A stretch of DNA of 61,549 nucleotides, the filler included, from Desulfobacterales bacterium (GTDB taxonomy: Bacteria > Desulfobacterota > Desulfobacteria > Desulfobacterales > Desulfatibacillaceae): assembly GCA_020057225.1 (NCBI GenBank). It is 4 parts of 4 records of this genome, joined end to end, with 100 filler letters (N's around TTAATTAATTAA, not from the genome) between each part and the next. Parts side by side here need not be neighbours in the genome. Positions count along the whole stretch, not along the records: positions 43,572 to 54,410 come from JAGVGH010000101.1; positions 54,511 to 61,549 come from JAGVGH010000065.1; 2 more parts are not named here. One strand, given 5' to 3'. Positions 47,212 to 56,517 of the stretch are shown in pieces (within the stretch, counting starts at the first letter, position 1; each line of letters starts with the position of its first letter). The notes below the pieces were generated by a model. It searched no databases. It was not told where the DNA came from and saw only the letters and a program-made list of their open reading frames with translations. The position numbers and the translations under genes are program-made.

Positions 47212-50200
47212 ATGATAAAAATCGCGTCCATCATGTGGAACAGCCATGTGCCAACGCTGGCCGAGGCCGCCAAGACGGTTCCGGGGGTGGAGCTTGCGCT
47301 TTTCTCTTCCAAGACCCTTGAAAACGAGCCGGAACGCCTGGAGGATGTCTATAAGGTGTTGGAAGGGGCGGACATCCTGCTCCTGTACCGTTCCGCCAGC
47401 GGTTTCTGGGACTCCATGGAGGACAGGCTCGAGGAAATCCGCAACAAGGCGCCCACCGTGTGTGTGGGATACGACCCTTCCCTGTGGGCGCTTTCCACCT
47501 ATCCGCCCGATGTGGTCCAGCAGGCGTACAACTACATCAGCTTCGGCGGCAGGGAAAACTTCGTGAACCTGCTCCGCTTTACAGCCGGGCTTGTCACAGG
47601 GACTGAAAAGGAAGCGGCGCCTCCGGTGGAGGCGCCCTGGGAGGGATTGTACCATCCCGCCGCCGGTGTCCGGTATTTCAAGGAAGCCGCGGACTACATG
47701 GCCTGGCACAAAGGGTATCAGGCGGCCAGGGGTCTTGCGGACGCGCCCCTGGTTGGAATTTTGATTCCCCGCCACGCGTGGGTGGCGGAAAACCTCGAAA
47801 TCGAGGACCTGCTCATCCGGGAACTTGAAAACGCGGGCCTGGGCGTTGTTCCGGTGTTCTCTTACAGCAGCCGGGAGCGCGGCCAGGGCCGGACCAACGG
47901 CGCCAAGGGGAGTCTTGTTTTTCTGGAAGAGGTGTTCCTCTCCCCCGGCGCCCCGCGCATCCGCGCCTTGATCAAACTCCAGATGTTTCTTCTGGGCATC
48001 CAGGGCGCCGACAAATTCACGGACGAGCGGGCCAACAGGGACGGCATCGCGTTTTTCTCCCGTCTGGGCGTGCCGGTGTTCCAGCCCGTTGTCAGCACGG
48101 ACATGACCCATGAGGAATGGGAGGCAAGCCTCCAGGGACTTGCCAACGTGAGCTTCACCGTCGCCCTCCCCGAGTTCGAGGGGGTAATCGAGCCTCTCAT
48201 GCTGGGCTGCGTGGAGCGCGGGGCCGACAACGCCACCGGCGCGGTGACGGAGCGCAGGACTCCGGTTCCGGAGCGCGCGCGGAGGCTTGCCGCACGGGTA
48301 AAAAAATGGGTTCAACTGGGGATGAAGCCTGTTTCGGAGCGCAAGGCCGCCTTTATCCTCCACAACAACCCCTGCGCCTCGGTGGAGGCGACAGTGGGCG
48401 GGGCGGCCAAGCTGGATTCCCTGGAGTCTGTGGCGCGCATCCTTCAGGCCATGGAGAGGCGGGGATACTCGGTGAGTCCTCCGGAGAGCGGACAGGAGCT
48501 TATCAAAACCATCATGGACCGGAAGGCGGTCTCGGAGTTCCGCTGGACCACCACGGATGAAATCGTGAAAAAGGGCGGCGCCCTGGCCATGGTGGAACTG
48601 CCGGAGTATCTGGAATGGTGGAAGAGCTTTCCGGAAAAAATCAGGCGGCGGGTCGAGGAGGCCTGGGGCAGGCCGCCGGGGGAGGAGAAGAACGGCATCC
48701 CCGCCGCCATGCTCCACGAGGGCAAAATTCTGGTGACAGGTGTCTCCTACGGCAACGCCGTGGTGTGCGTGCAGCCCAAACGGGGCTGCGCGGGCACCCG
48801 CTGCGACGGGGTGGTGTGCAAGATTCTGCACGACCCGGACGTGCCGCCGCCGCACCAGTATCTGGCCACGTACCGCTACTTGGAAGAGGAATTCGGCGCC
48901 GACGTGTTCATCCACGTGGGCACCCACGGCAACGTCGAGTTTTTGCCCGGCAAGGCGGTTGGACTCTCGGAATCCTGCCTCTCCGACATCTGCATCCACG
49001 AGACCCCGCATCTCTACATCTACAACTCGGACAACCCCGCCGAAGGCGCCATCGCCAAGCGCCGGAGCAACGCGGTGTTGGTGGACCACATGCAGACAGT
49101 CATGGCGCAGGGGGGGCTGTACGCCGCTCTGGAAGAGCTGGACAGGTACATCGAGGAATACGAAAAAGCGAAAATCTCCGAAAAAAACCGGGCCCATACG
49201 CTTTCGCACCTCATTGTGGACACCGTCAAAAAAACGGGGCTGGACAGGCAAATACGGCTCACCGACGACATGTCCATGGAGGAGATTGTGCGGCGGGCGC
49301 ACGACGCGCTTTCCAAGGTCCGCAACACCTATATTCCCGACGGGATGCATGTGTTCGGGGAGGTTCCCGAGGGGGACCGGCGGGCCGGGTTCATCTGGGC
49401 GGTGCTGCGCTATGACGCGGGGGACGCGAACGGTCTGCGCAAGGTGCTGTGCCGGTCCATGGGCCTGGACCTGGCGGCGCTGTTGAAGGACGAGGGCGCG
49501 GTGGATCCCGCATGGGGGAAAAGCAACGGCCAGTTGCTGGAAATGATGGAGGCTGTCGGCAGAGAAGTGACGGGCGCGGCCCTCGCGCCGGGTTCCGACG
49601 GGGAGTTTCTTGCGCGCGTGACAGACATTCTTGGAGAGCGGCTGAAAGACCGGATGGTTCTGGGCGCCCTTATGGGCATCCGGGCGCGGATTATGGACCT
49701 GGACCACAGGGTCTCCGCAAGCCGGGAAATCGAGGCGCTTCTTTCCGGCTTTGACGCCAGGTACATCCCCGCGGGCCCCAGCGGGCTCATCATGCGGGGC
49801 AGGGACGATATTCTGCCCACGGGCCGGAACTTCTACTCCCTGGACCCCAACAAGGTGCCGACCCGGGCCGCCTTCCAGGTGGGGGAAAACCTGGCCAACG
49901 CGGTGTTGCACAAATACCTCCACGAGGAGGGAAAGTATCCCGAGAGCGTGGGCGTGTTCTGGATGGCCGGGGACATCATGTGGTCGGACGGCGAGGGCAT
50001 GGGGCAGATTTTGGCGCTCATGGGCGCCCGGCCCAAATGGCAGCCGGACGGAAGGGTCAAGGGCTTTGAAATCATCCCCCTGGAAGAGCTGGGCCGTCCC
50101 CGTGTGGATGTGACCGTCCGCGTTTCGGGAATCGCCCGGGACAACTTCCCCAACTGTGTCGAATATGCGGACGAGGTTGTCCAGGCCGTGGCCGCGCTGC

Positions 50201-51126
50201 CGGAGCCGGAGGAACAGAACTTTGTCCGCAAACACACCCTGGAGCGTCTCAAAGAGGCCAACGCGGAAGAAAAAGACATAAGCGCCTTCCGCAGGGCCAC
50301 GTTCCGCGTGTTTTCCGCCCGGCCCGGCACATACCGCGCGGGTGTCAACCTCGCTGTCTATGCCTCGGCCTGGAAGACCGAGGCCGACCTCTCGGACATC
50401 TTCCTTTTCTGGAACGGCTACGCCTACGGCAAGGGCGTGTTTGGAGAGCCTTCCCACCGGGAGCTTGCCGGGAACCTCAAGAGCGTGAGCCTCACGTTCA
50501 ACAAGGTGGTGGCCGATGAAAACGATCTTTTCAACTGCTGCTGCTATTTCGGCACCCACGGCGGACTCACCGCCGCCGCCCGCCATGTTTCCCAAAAACC
50601 CGTGAAGACCTATTACGGCGACACCCGTGAGCCGGAAAGGGTCGAGGTCCGCGACCTGGCCGACGAGGTGCGGCGCGTGGTCCGGGCCAAACTGCTCAAT
50701 CCCAAGTGGATCGAGGGCATGAAGCGCCACGGGTACAAGGGCGCGGGGGACATCTCGAAGCGGGTGGGCCGGGTCTATGGCTGGGAGTCCACGACCCGGG
50801 AAGTGGACGACTGGATTTTCGACGACATCGCGAAAACCTTTGTGCTGGACAAGGAGAACCGCGCATTCTTCAAGGAGCACAACCCCTGGGCGCTGGAGGA
50901 GATTGGGCGCAGGCTGCTGGAGGCCGAAAGCCGCGGGCTGTGGGAGGCGGACCCCGGGGTGCTGGAGCAATTAAAGGAGCATTACCTCGAGATGGAAGGG
51001 TGGATCGAGGAGGACATGGGGGACGTGACCGGAGATTTCCAAGGCGGCGCCGTGGACATGTTCACCTCCGAGGACGTGGGCGCGTGGAAAGCGGAGATGG
51101 AAAAGCTCCGGAGCGAATGGAAATAG
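47212..51126 (+). CDS. cobN: CobN/magnesium chelatase H-family large subunit
   Basis: ALPEFEG.IEP, PPHQYLA.Y, HVGTHG.VEFLPGK, AKRR, LPTGRNFY, GRPRVDV, LLNPKWIEGM.RHGYKGA. Confidence 0.93.
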   Translation: MIKIASIMWNSHVPTLAEAAKTVPGVELALFSSKTLENEPERLEDVYKVLEGADILLLYRSASGFWDSMEDRLEEIRNKAPTVCVGYDPSLWALSTYPPDVVQQAYNYISFGGRENFVNLLRFTAGLVTGTEKEAAPPVEAPWEGLYHPAAGVRYFKEAADYMAWHKGYQAARGLADAPLVGILIPRHAWVAENLEIEDLLIRELENAGLGVVPVFSYSSRERGQGRTNGAKGSLVFLEEVFLSPGAPRIRALIKLQMFLLGIQGADKFTDERANRDGIAFFSRLGVPVFQPVVSTDMTHEEWEASLQGLANVSFTVALPEFEGVIEPLMLGCVERGADNATGAVTERRTPVPERARRLAARVKKWVQLGMKPVSERKAAFILHNNPCASVEATVGGAAKLDSLESVARILQAMERRGYSVSPPESGQELIKTIMDRKAVSEFRWTTTDEIVKKGGALAMVELPEYLEWWKSFPEKIRRRVEEAWGRPPGEEKNGIPAAMLHEGKILVTGVSYGNAVVCVQPKRGCAGTRCDGVVCKILHDPDVPPPHQYLATYRYLEEEFGADVFIHVGTHGNVEFLPGKAVGLSESCLSDICIHETPHLYIYNSDNPAEGAIAKRRSNAVLVDHMQTVMAQGGLYAALEELDRYIEEYEKAKISEKNRAHTLSHLIVDTVKKTGLDRQIRLTDDMSMEEIVRRAHDALSKVRNTYIPDGMHVFGEVPEGDRRAGFIWAVLRYDAGDANGLRKVLCRSMGLDLAALLKDEGAVDPAWGKSNGQLLEMMEAVGREVTGAALAPGSDGEFLARVTDILGERLKDRMVLGALMGIRARIMDLDHRVSASREIEALLSGFDARYIPAGPSGLIMRGRDDILPTGRNFYSLDPNKVPTRAAFQVGENLANAVLHKYLHEEGKYPESVGVFWMAGDIMWSDGEGMGQILALMGARPKWQPDGRVKGFEIIPLEELGRPRVDVTVRVSGIARDNFPNCVEYADEVVQAVAALPEPEEQNFVRKHTLERLKEANAEEKDISAFRRATFRVFSARPGTYRAGVNLAVYASAWKTEADLSDIFLFWNGYAYGKGVFGEPSHRELAGNLKSVSLTFNKVVADENDLFNCCCYFGTHGGLTAAARHVSQKPVKTYYGDTREPERVEVRDLADEVRRVVRAKLLNPKWIEGMKRHGYKGAGDISKRVGRVYGWESTTREVDDWIFDDIAKTFVLDKENRAFFKEHNPWALEEIGRRLLEAESRGLWEADPGVLEQLKEHYLEMEGWIEEDMGDVTGDFQGGAVDMFTSEDVGAWKAEMEKLRSEWK

Positions 51127-51255
51127 GAGGCCGGCCGGTCCGGCCCAGGGATTCCAATGGCCGCGGAACTGAAACCACAGCCTTTCTGAAGAAGGGCGCC
51201 GCAGCCTGACACCGGACCCGCAAGAGCCGGAAACGCGACAGGTTAACAGGGGAAC

Positions 51256-51314
51256 AAGGCCACGAAGGCCCTGACGGAGAATACTTCGTCAGGATCTTCG
51301 CGGCCTTTTTGTTT
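51256..51314 (+). terminator. Terminator/attenuator between cobN and the TonB-dependent receptor
   Basis: AAGGCCACGAAG..CCTGACGGAG-AATA-CTTCGTCAGG..CTTCGCGGCCTT followed by a T run. Confidence 0.78.
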
Positions 51315-51378
51315 GGAAACAAACGAAAGAGGACAAAAAAATAACGGTTGGAAGCGCATCAAGGAAAGGAGAACACGG

Positions 51379-53649
51379 ATGAGGGGAATTTTCAAACAGG
51401 GAACACGTTGGGTGGTTTTGGCCGTTTTTTTTCTGGGGCCGCCAGGAGCCTTTGCGGAAGACACGGTGGAGAAACGCCAGATACTGGAAAAGATGCAGGT
51501 CACCTCGACCCGCACCCGCAAGGCAAAGGATCTGGCTCCGGCCAGCACCAGCGTCATCACCCGGGAGGACATGGAAATCAGCCAGGTCCGCACCATTGAC
51601 GAGGCGCTCCGCTATGAGCCGGGCCTTAACCTGGACCGGTCCGCGGGACTGGGCGACGCGCTTCCCGGCATCACGATGCGGGGCCTTCCGGGCGACGAGC
51701 GCACCCTTGTGATGGTGGACGGCATTCCCGTGAACGACGCGTACTCGTCACTCGTGCCGTTCAACAACATCAATCCGGACGCCATCCGGCAAATCGAGGT
51801 GGTGCGCGGACCAGGCTCCGCCCTGTACGGGGGCGACGCCATGGGCAGCGCCATGAACCTCATAACCGGGGACCCCAAAAAACTCACCATAGGGGCCAAG
51901 ACAGGCATGGGTTCCTATGGCCGGCGGACAGCGGGAGGCACTATCGGCGACCGGCTCGGCGGCAGGTTCTCCGTGCTGGCCAATTTTGACTGGGAGGCCC
52001 AGGACGGCTACGCCACATCCCTGGTGGCCAAGACAAGCGCCAAGGGGGCCGGGACGGTGACCGGCGGGTATTCCATGCCATACGACATGGACCCGGCGAC
52101 AGGCCAGGTTCAAAACCGCCATGTCATCGGCGACAAGGGAGACAAAAGTTCCGAGCGTTTCGGCGGCAGCCTGCGCGCCTCGGCGGACACGTCGGAGACC
52201 GGCAAGGCGACCCTGTCTTTCTTTGGAGGCAGCCACAGCTATTATTACGACGCGCCCCGCAGCTATCTTTTGGACGCCGCGGGCAACCCTGTTTTCACAG
52301 GCTCTGTCACCACCTCCGCGGGCCACCGCACCCTCACGGCCTACAGCACGGACTTCCTCGCGGGTAAAGGCGCCCGGGAATACTACGCCCCGGCCCTCAC
52401 CTACAAGGAAACCTTCGGCCCGGTGGATTTCACGGCCAAGCTCGCCTGGCAGCACCGTATCGGCATGTACACCCAGCATAAAACCACCCCCAACACCGGG
52501 ACGTATTACACCGCCAAAGGACAGGTGGTGGACTCGGAGTCCGACGCCTATATCGCCGAGGCGCAAGCAGACTACCACTGGACCTGGGGCAGGGAGCACG
52601 TGCTCACCACCGGCCTGTGCTACAAGGACAACACCTTTGACCAGGAAACCACGGAAACAGCCCATTATCTGACCGAGGACTCCACGTATGGGAGCGTCAT
52701 TGACATGACCCGGGGGAAGACGCGGTTTTTCGCTCCCTTTGTGCAGAACGAGTGGAGCCTGCATGACCAGGTGACCCTGTACACGGGAGCGCGCATGGAC
52801 TGGTGGCGGGCCGGGGACGGCGAGGCCGGCGCGCCCAACAAGCCCTGGGTCTTTGAGGACAAAGGCAAAAGCCAGTTAAGCCCCAAGATTTCCGCGGTGT
52901 GGGAGCCGGTGAAAAAAGCCACCTACATAAAAGCCTCTGTCGCCCAGGCCTTCCGCCCCCCCGCCATTTACGATCTTTTCCGCACCTGGGTGAGCGGAAC
53001 CACGCTGTACCGCGGCAATCCCGACCTCGAGCCCGAGACCTTGTGGAATTACGAGCTGGGCGTGGACCAGTATCTGTTTTCCCGCAAGATCAGACTGGGC
53101 ATCACAGGCTACTATTCCCAGGTCAAAGACCTGATAGGAAGCCTTGACGGCACTCCCTTCGCGCCCTACACCAGGGTTTCGGAGAAAAAAAACATCTCGG
53201 ACGTGGATATTCTGGGCCTGGAGACCGAGGCCCGCCTCTATCCTGCGGACTGGCTGCAAATGTTCGTCAATTACAGCCACTGCGACACCGAGATCAAGAA
53301 AAACGACGCGGACCCTGCCCTGGAGGGAAACCGCCTTACCGGCTCTCCGACCTTCCCCATGGATGTTGTCAACCTGGGCGCGGACCTGGAGTTCTGGAAA
53401 TTCCGCTATGGAATCACCGGCAAGTACACGGGCAAGACCCACTGGCGGACGGACAACCTTTACACCGGGGACGAGACCTACATGGGCTATACCGAGCACT
53501 GGCGTTTCGACACCAAACTCTCGTTCAAGGCCACGGAAAACGTCACGGCCTCCTTTGCGGTAAACGACCTCTTCGATGAGGAGAAGTACATCGGCGGCTC
53601 CATCGCCGAGGGCCGGACGGTCTATGGCGAAATCCGGTTTGACATCTGA
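51379..53649 (+). CDS. TonB-dependent outer-membrane receptor
   Basis: Signal peptide; TonB-box-like MQVTSTR; plug LVMVDGIP...IRQIEVVRGPGSALYG; NPDLEPE; terminal GRT.Y.EIRFDI. Confidence 0.95.
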   Translation: MRGIFKQGTRWVVLAVFFLGPPGAFAEDTVEKRQILEKMQVTSTRTRKAKDLAPASTSVITREDMEISQVRTIDEALRYEPGLNLDRSAGLGDALPGITMRGLPGDERTLVMVDGIPVNDAYSSLVPFNNINPDAIRQIEVVRGPGSALYGGDAMGSAMNLITGDPKKLTIGAKTGMGSYGRRTAGGTIGDRLGGRFSVLANFDWEAQDGYATSLVAKTSAKGAGTVTGGYSMPYDMDPATGQVQNRHVIGDKGDKSSERFGGSLRASADTSETGKATLSFFGGSHSYYYDAPRSYLLDAAGNPVFTGSVTTSAGHRTLTAYSTDFLAGKGAREYYAPALTYKETFGPVDFTAKLAWQHRIGMYTQHKTTPNTGTYYTAKGQVVDSESDAYIAEAQADYHWTWGREHVLTTGLCYKDNTFDQETTETAHYLTEDSTYGSVIDMTRGKTRFFAPFVQNEWSLHDQVTLYTGARMDWWRAGDGEAGAPNKPWVFEDKGKSQLSPKISAVWEPVKKATYIKASVAQAFRPPAIYDLFRTWVSGTTLYRGNPDLEPETLWNYELGVDQYLFSRKIRLGITGYYSQVKDLIGSLDGTPFAPYTRVSEKKNISDVDILGLETEARLYPADWLQMFVNYSHCDTEIKKNDADPALEGNRLTGSPTFPMDVVNLGADLEFWKFRYGITGKYTGKTHWRTDNLYTGDETYMGYTEHWRFDTKLSFKATENVTASFAVNDLFDEEKYIGGSIAEGRTVYGEIRFDI

Positions 53650-53767
53650 GAGGAAGGCGAAGCATACTGGGAGCCGGGTTCCGGCCTGTTCGTCAGGGAA
53701 GACGGACCCGGCTCTTCACTATCCTTGAAACCGGCGCGGATTTCATCCGTCCATGGGAGGTAAAGCG

Positions 53768-54106
53768 GTGTGCGAGGCGAACGCGTATCTTGTGGTTCAC
53801 GGGGGCGAGCGGCTGCTCATGGAGTCGGTGGACACCGTGCGGCCGGAGGGCGGGGACATGTGGCTTATCGAGAATATTTTCGGGAACCGGCTCGCGGTGC
53901 GCGGGCGGATCAAGGAAATGAGCCTTGTGAACCACAGGGTGGTGTTCGAGGAAATCCCCGGCGCGGAGCACTCCCACGGCGGGACGGGGCACAGCCATGG
54001 ACACGGGCACGTCCATTCCCACGGGCACGCGCACGGGGACGCGGAGGAAGGCCACGGGCACGGCCATGAGGACCATGACAAGGAGCCGCACAACCACGGG
54101 CGCTGA
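53768..54106 (+). CDS. CooT family nickel-binding protein with His-rich C-terminal tail
   Basis: GTG start after GGAGG gives MCEANAYL...MESVD...ENIFG...L.NHR; tail HSHGGTGHSHGHGHVHSHGHAHG. Confidence 0.88.
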   Translation: MCEANAYLVVHGGERLLMESVDTVRPEGGDMWLIENIFGNRLAVRGRIKEMSLVNHRVVFEEIPGAEHSHGGTGHSHGHGHVHSHGHAHGDAEEGHGHGHEDHDKEPHNHGR

Positions 54107-54315
54107 AAAGCGGTCCGGCCCTTTTCCGGAAACGGCGCGGCAGTCTGGCAGGACGGATTTGAAAGCCCCCTCGCGCTTGGATTCTGTGTTTGGATTGTCC
54201 GCGATTTTTACGTGGACAACATCTGTGCCATGGTCCTGGGGTTGAAACCCCAGGCCAGATCAAAAGCCTTGCCGCACCGCGGCTGCCATGAGGAGAAAGG
54301 CCCGTTTTATAATAA

Positions 54316-54410
54316 GAGGTAATTGCAAAATGAGGCGTAGGTTGGGTGGTTCCGGGCCGCAAGGCCCGGGTTCACCCAACATTTCTAAATGATTCCTTTG
54401 TGTTGGGTGA
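54316..54410. mobile_element. MITE copy (GAGG-AATTGCAAAA family), cut by gap
   Basis: GAGGTAATTGCAAAATGAGGCGTAGGTTGGGTGGTTCC..., as at 61452. Confidence 0.75.
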
Positions 54411-54510
54411 NNNNNNNNNNNNNNNNNNNNNNNNNNNNNNNNNNNNNNNNNNNNTTAATTAATTAANNNNNNNNNNNNNNNNNNNNNNNNNNNNNNNNNN
54501 NNNNNNNNNN
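54411..54510. other. Assembly gap with artificial linker
   Basis: N run - TTAATTAATTAA - N run. Confidence 0.98.
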
Positions 54511-54645
54511 GGCGTATGTCCTCTACAACGACATGTTGTGGAGGATCATATGCCCGAAGCACAAATGAGGGTCTATGTACGGCAGAATACCGGACATAGA
54601 CCCTCATTTCAAATTTGTCGTTTCCATGAGTTTTGCAATTACCTC
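54511..54645. mobile_element. MITE end (same TIR family) with different palindromic cargo
   Basis: AAATTTGTCGTTTCCATGAGTTTTGCAATTACCTC end, preceded by the hairpin AAATGAGGGTCTATGT...ACATAGACCCTCATTT. Confidence 0.65.
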
Positions 54646-54685
54646 GCGGATATAGAATTTGACTCCTGATTCCTAAACCGGCGGG

Positions 54686-54793
54686 GCCGGAAAGAAGGCT
54701 TTAGGCTTTAGGGCTGGCTGCAAAATGCCTGTTTTTGAAGGCTGCGCCATTATCTACGCAAAAAGCGCGGATAATGCGGATATAGAATCTAAC
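54686..54793. repeat. Second copy of the ~110-bp repeat at 18011-18125
   Basis: Direct sequence match with one fewer GGCTTTA unit. Confidence 0.8.
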
Positions 54794-54832
54794 TTCTGAC
54801 TTCCGCCTCCTCCCGCTCCGCGGCCTCTCCCG

Positions 54833-55630
54833 TTATCCATGACTGTGGGGAACATTGCCCTGAATGTGGGCGTGCCGGTGGGTATGCAGGCATTCCGGTC
54901 CGCCCCCGTAAAAAATCCGGCCCTTGTCCATCCCGTAGATATCTGTCGCCACTTTGGCAAGAAAATCGTATTCGTGGCTCACCACCAAAAGGGTTTTGTC
55001 CAGGCTGGCCAGAAAATCCGTGATGTATCCCAGGGTGTCCTGGTCCAGGCCCGTGGTGGGCTCGTCTAAAAGCAGCACATCCGGGTCCATGGCCAGGACC
55101 GTTGCCAGGGCCACAAGGCGCTTCTCGCCTCCTGAAAGCCGGTAGGGCACCCGGTCCCCGAATCCCTCCATCCTGAGTTCCCAAAGGGTTTCCTCGGCGG
55201 CGCGGCGGGCCTCCGCCGGAGTTTTTCCAAGGTTTAAAGGCCCAAAAGCCACATCCTCAAGCACCGTGGGGCAAAACAACTGGTCGTCGGCGTCCTGGAA
55301 CACAAATCCAACGCGCCTGCGCACTTCCAGGAAATCCTTCGGCCCCCGGACCGGCTTGCCAAACGCGCGCATCAAGCCGCCGGTCGGCGTGACAACCCCC
55401 ATCATCACATGGAGCAGCGAGGTTTTCCCGCTGCCGTTGGGGCCCACAAGTCCTATTTTGGCCCCCTGGGGCAAGGCGAAGCTTACATCCCGCAGCGCGT
55501 GGCGAAGTCCGCCCCCATGGGCGGGATAGGCGAGGGAAATGTTTTCAAGGGAGAGAAGGGGACGGCCTTCGTGCTCCGGGGGAACCGGGTGTAACGGACA
55601 ATCAGGGGGGGTTGGTTTGCTTGCGCTCAT
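54833..55630 (-). CDS. cbiO: ECF-type Co/Ni transporter ATPase with His-rich C-terminus
   Basis: GPNGSGKT, VGFVFQDADDQLF.PTV.EDVAFGP.NLG, LSGGEKR, DEPT; tail HTHRHAH...HSH. Confidence 0.9.
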   Translation of the reverse strand: MSASKPTPPDCPLHPVPPEHEGRPLLSLENISLAYPAHGGGLRHALRDVSFALPQGAKIGLVGPNGSGKTSLLHVMMGVVTPTGGLMRAFGKPVRGPKDFLEVRRRVGFVFQDADDQLFCPTVLEDVAFGPLNLGKTPAEARRAAEETLWELRMEGFGDRVPYRLSGGEKRLVALATVLAMDPDVLLLDEPTTGLDQDTLGYITDFLASLDKTLLVVSHEYDFLAKVATDIYGMDKGRIFYGGGPECLHTHRHAHIQGNVPHSHG

Positions 55631-56064
55631 TGCCCTGTCCTTTTTTAAGGCGCCGGGATTTGGAAAAGGGCGCTTCTTTAGTGTTCCTTGTATCAGATTC
55701 GCGGTGGTTGCCACAAACTTTTTTCCTGGAAGGCCGCCGGACCGGCGCTATCTTCCAGTGTGCGCTGTGATTTAATCCGTAAGCCATGGAGAAAGCGGGA
55801 TGCCGAGAGGGAAAACGCGCGGAATCCAGGCAGGGAATCCCTTGCCCCGGCGCAGGATGTCCGCGCGGGCCTGGTGACGCAACCTTTTCCCCCTGCCACG
55901 GTGAACTTCCCCATTGACACATCGCCGAAGCGCCTGCATATTGAGGCCGGAGACGGCGCGCAAATCGGTTGTCCGTTTGACAAACCAACGGATTTCTTCT
56001 TTCCGCGGCTGGCCCGGTTTTTGCCCGCACAATCAGCACGGCCAAAGAGGAGCCGAACCACCCC

Positions 56065-56517
56065 ATGGCCCAGCCCTGTTTTCTGGATAACCCGTGCGCG
56101 CGCGACATCGCCGCGATAACCGCCCTCTACCGCGCCGAGGGTTGGTGGGAAGGGCCGGACGATCCCTCCCTGGTAGGGCGCCTTGTGGCGGGAAGCCACG
56201 CCTTTCTCGTTCTCCGGGAAGGGCCGGACATCGTGGCCATGGGACGCCTCATTTCCGACCGCGCCAGTGACGGGTACATTCAGGATCTCACGGTTCGGGC
56301 GGACAGACGGGGCAGGGGACTGGGAACCCTGCTGGCTGAAACCCTGGCCAACAAGGGCTTCGCGGACGGACTTAATTGGATCGGCCTGGTGGCGGAAAGA
56401 GGAAGCGCGCCCTTTTACACGCGCCTGGGTTTTCAGCCCATGGAAAACGCGGCTCCCATGCTCTTGCGGCGCGCGGGAAACACTGGACGAAAGGATTCGC
56501 ATGCTGTATCAAAATGA
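56065..56517 (+). CDS. GNAT family N-acetyltransferase
   Basis: MGR.ISD...YIQDL.V...RGRGLG, FY.RLGF. Confidence 0.9.
   Translation: MAQPCFLDNPCARDIAAITALYRAEGWWEGPDDPSLVGRLVAGSHAFLVLREGPDIVAMGRLISDRASDGYIQDLTVRADRRGRGLGTLLAETLANKGFADGLNWIGLVAERGSAPFYTRLGFQPMENAAPMLLRRAGNTGRKDSHAVSK

Noticed and set aside
47188..50970. 1260-aa ORF antisense to cobN, and similar long antisense ORFs such as 10178-11911, 4191-5600 and 23291-24586
   Set aside because: Shadow frames of GC-rich genes; no recognisable motifs, and the opposite strand has clear family signatures.
54106..55630. cbiO as part of the cobN/CooT cluster
   Set aside because: Separated by an artificial contig join, so linkage cannot be supported.
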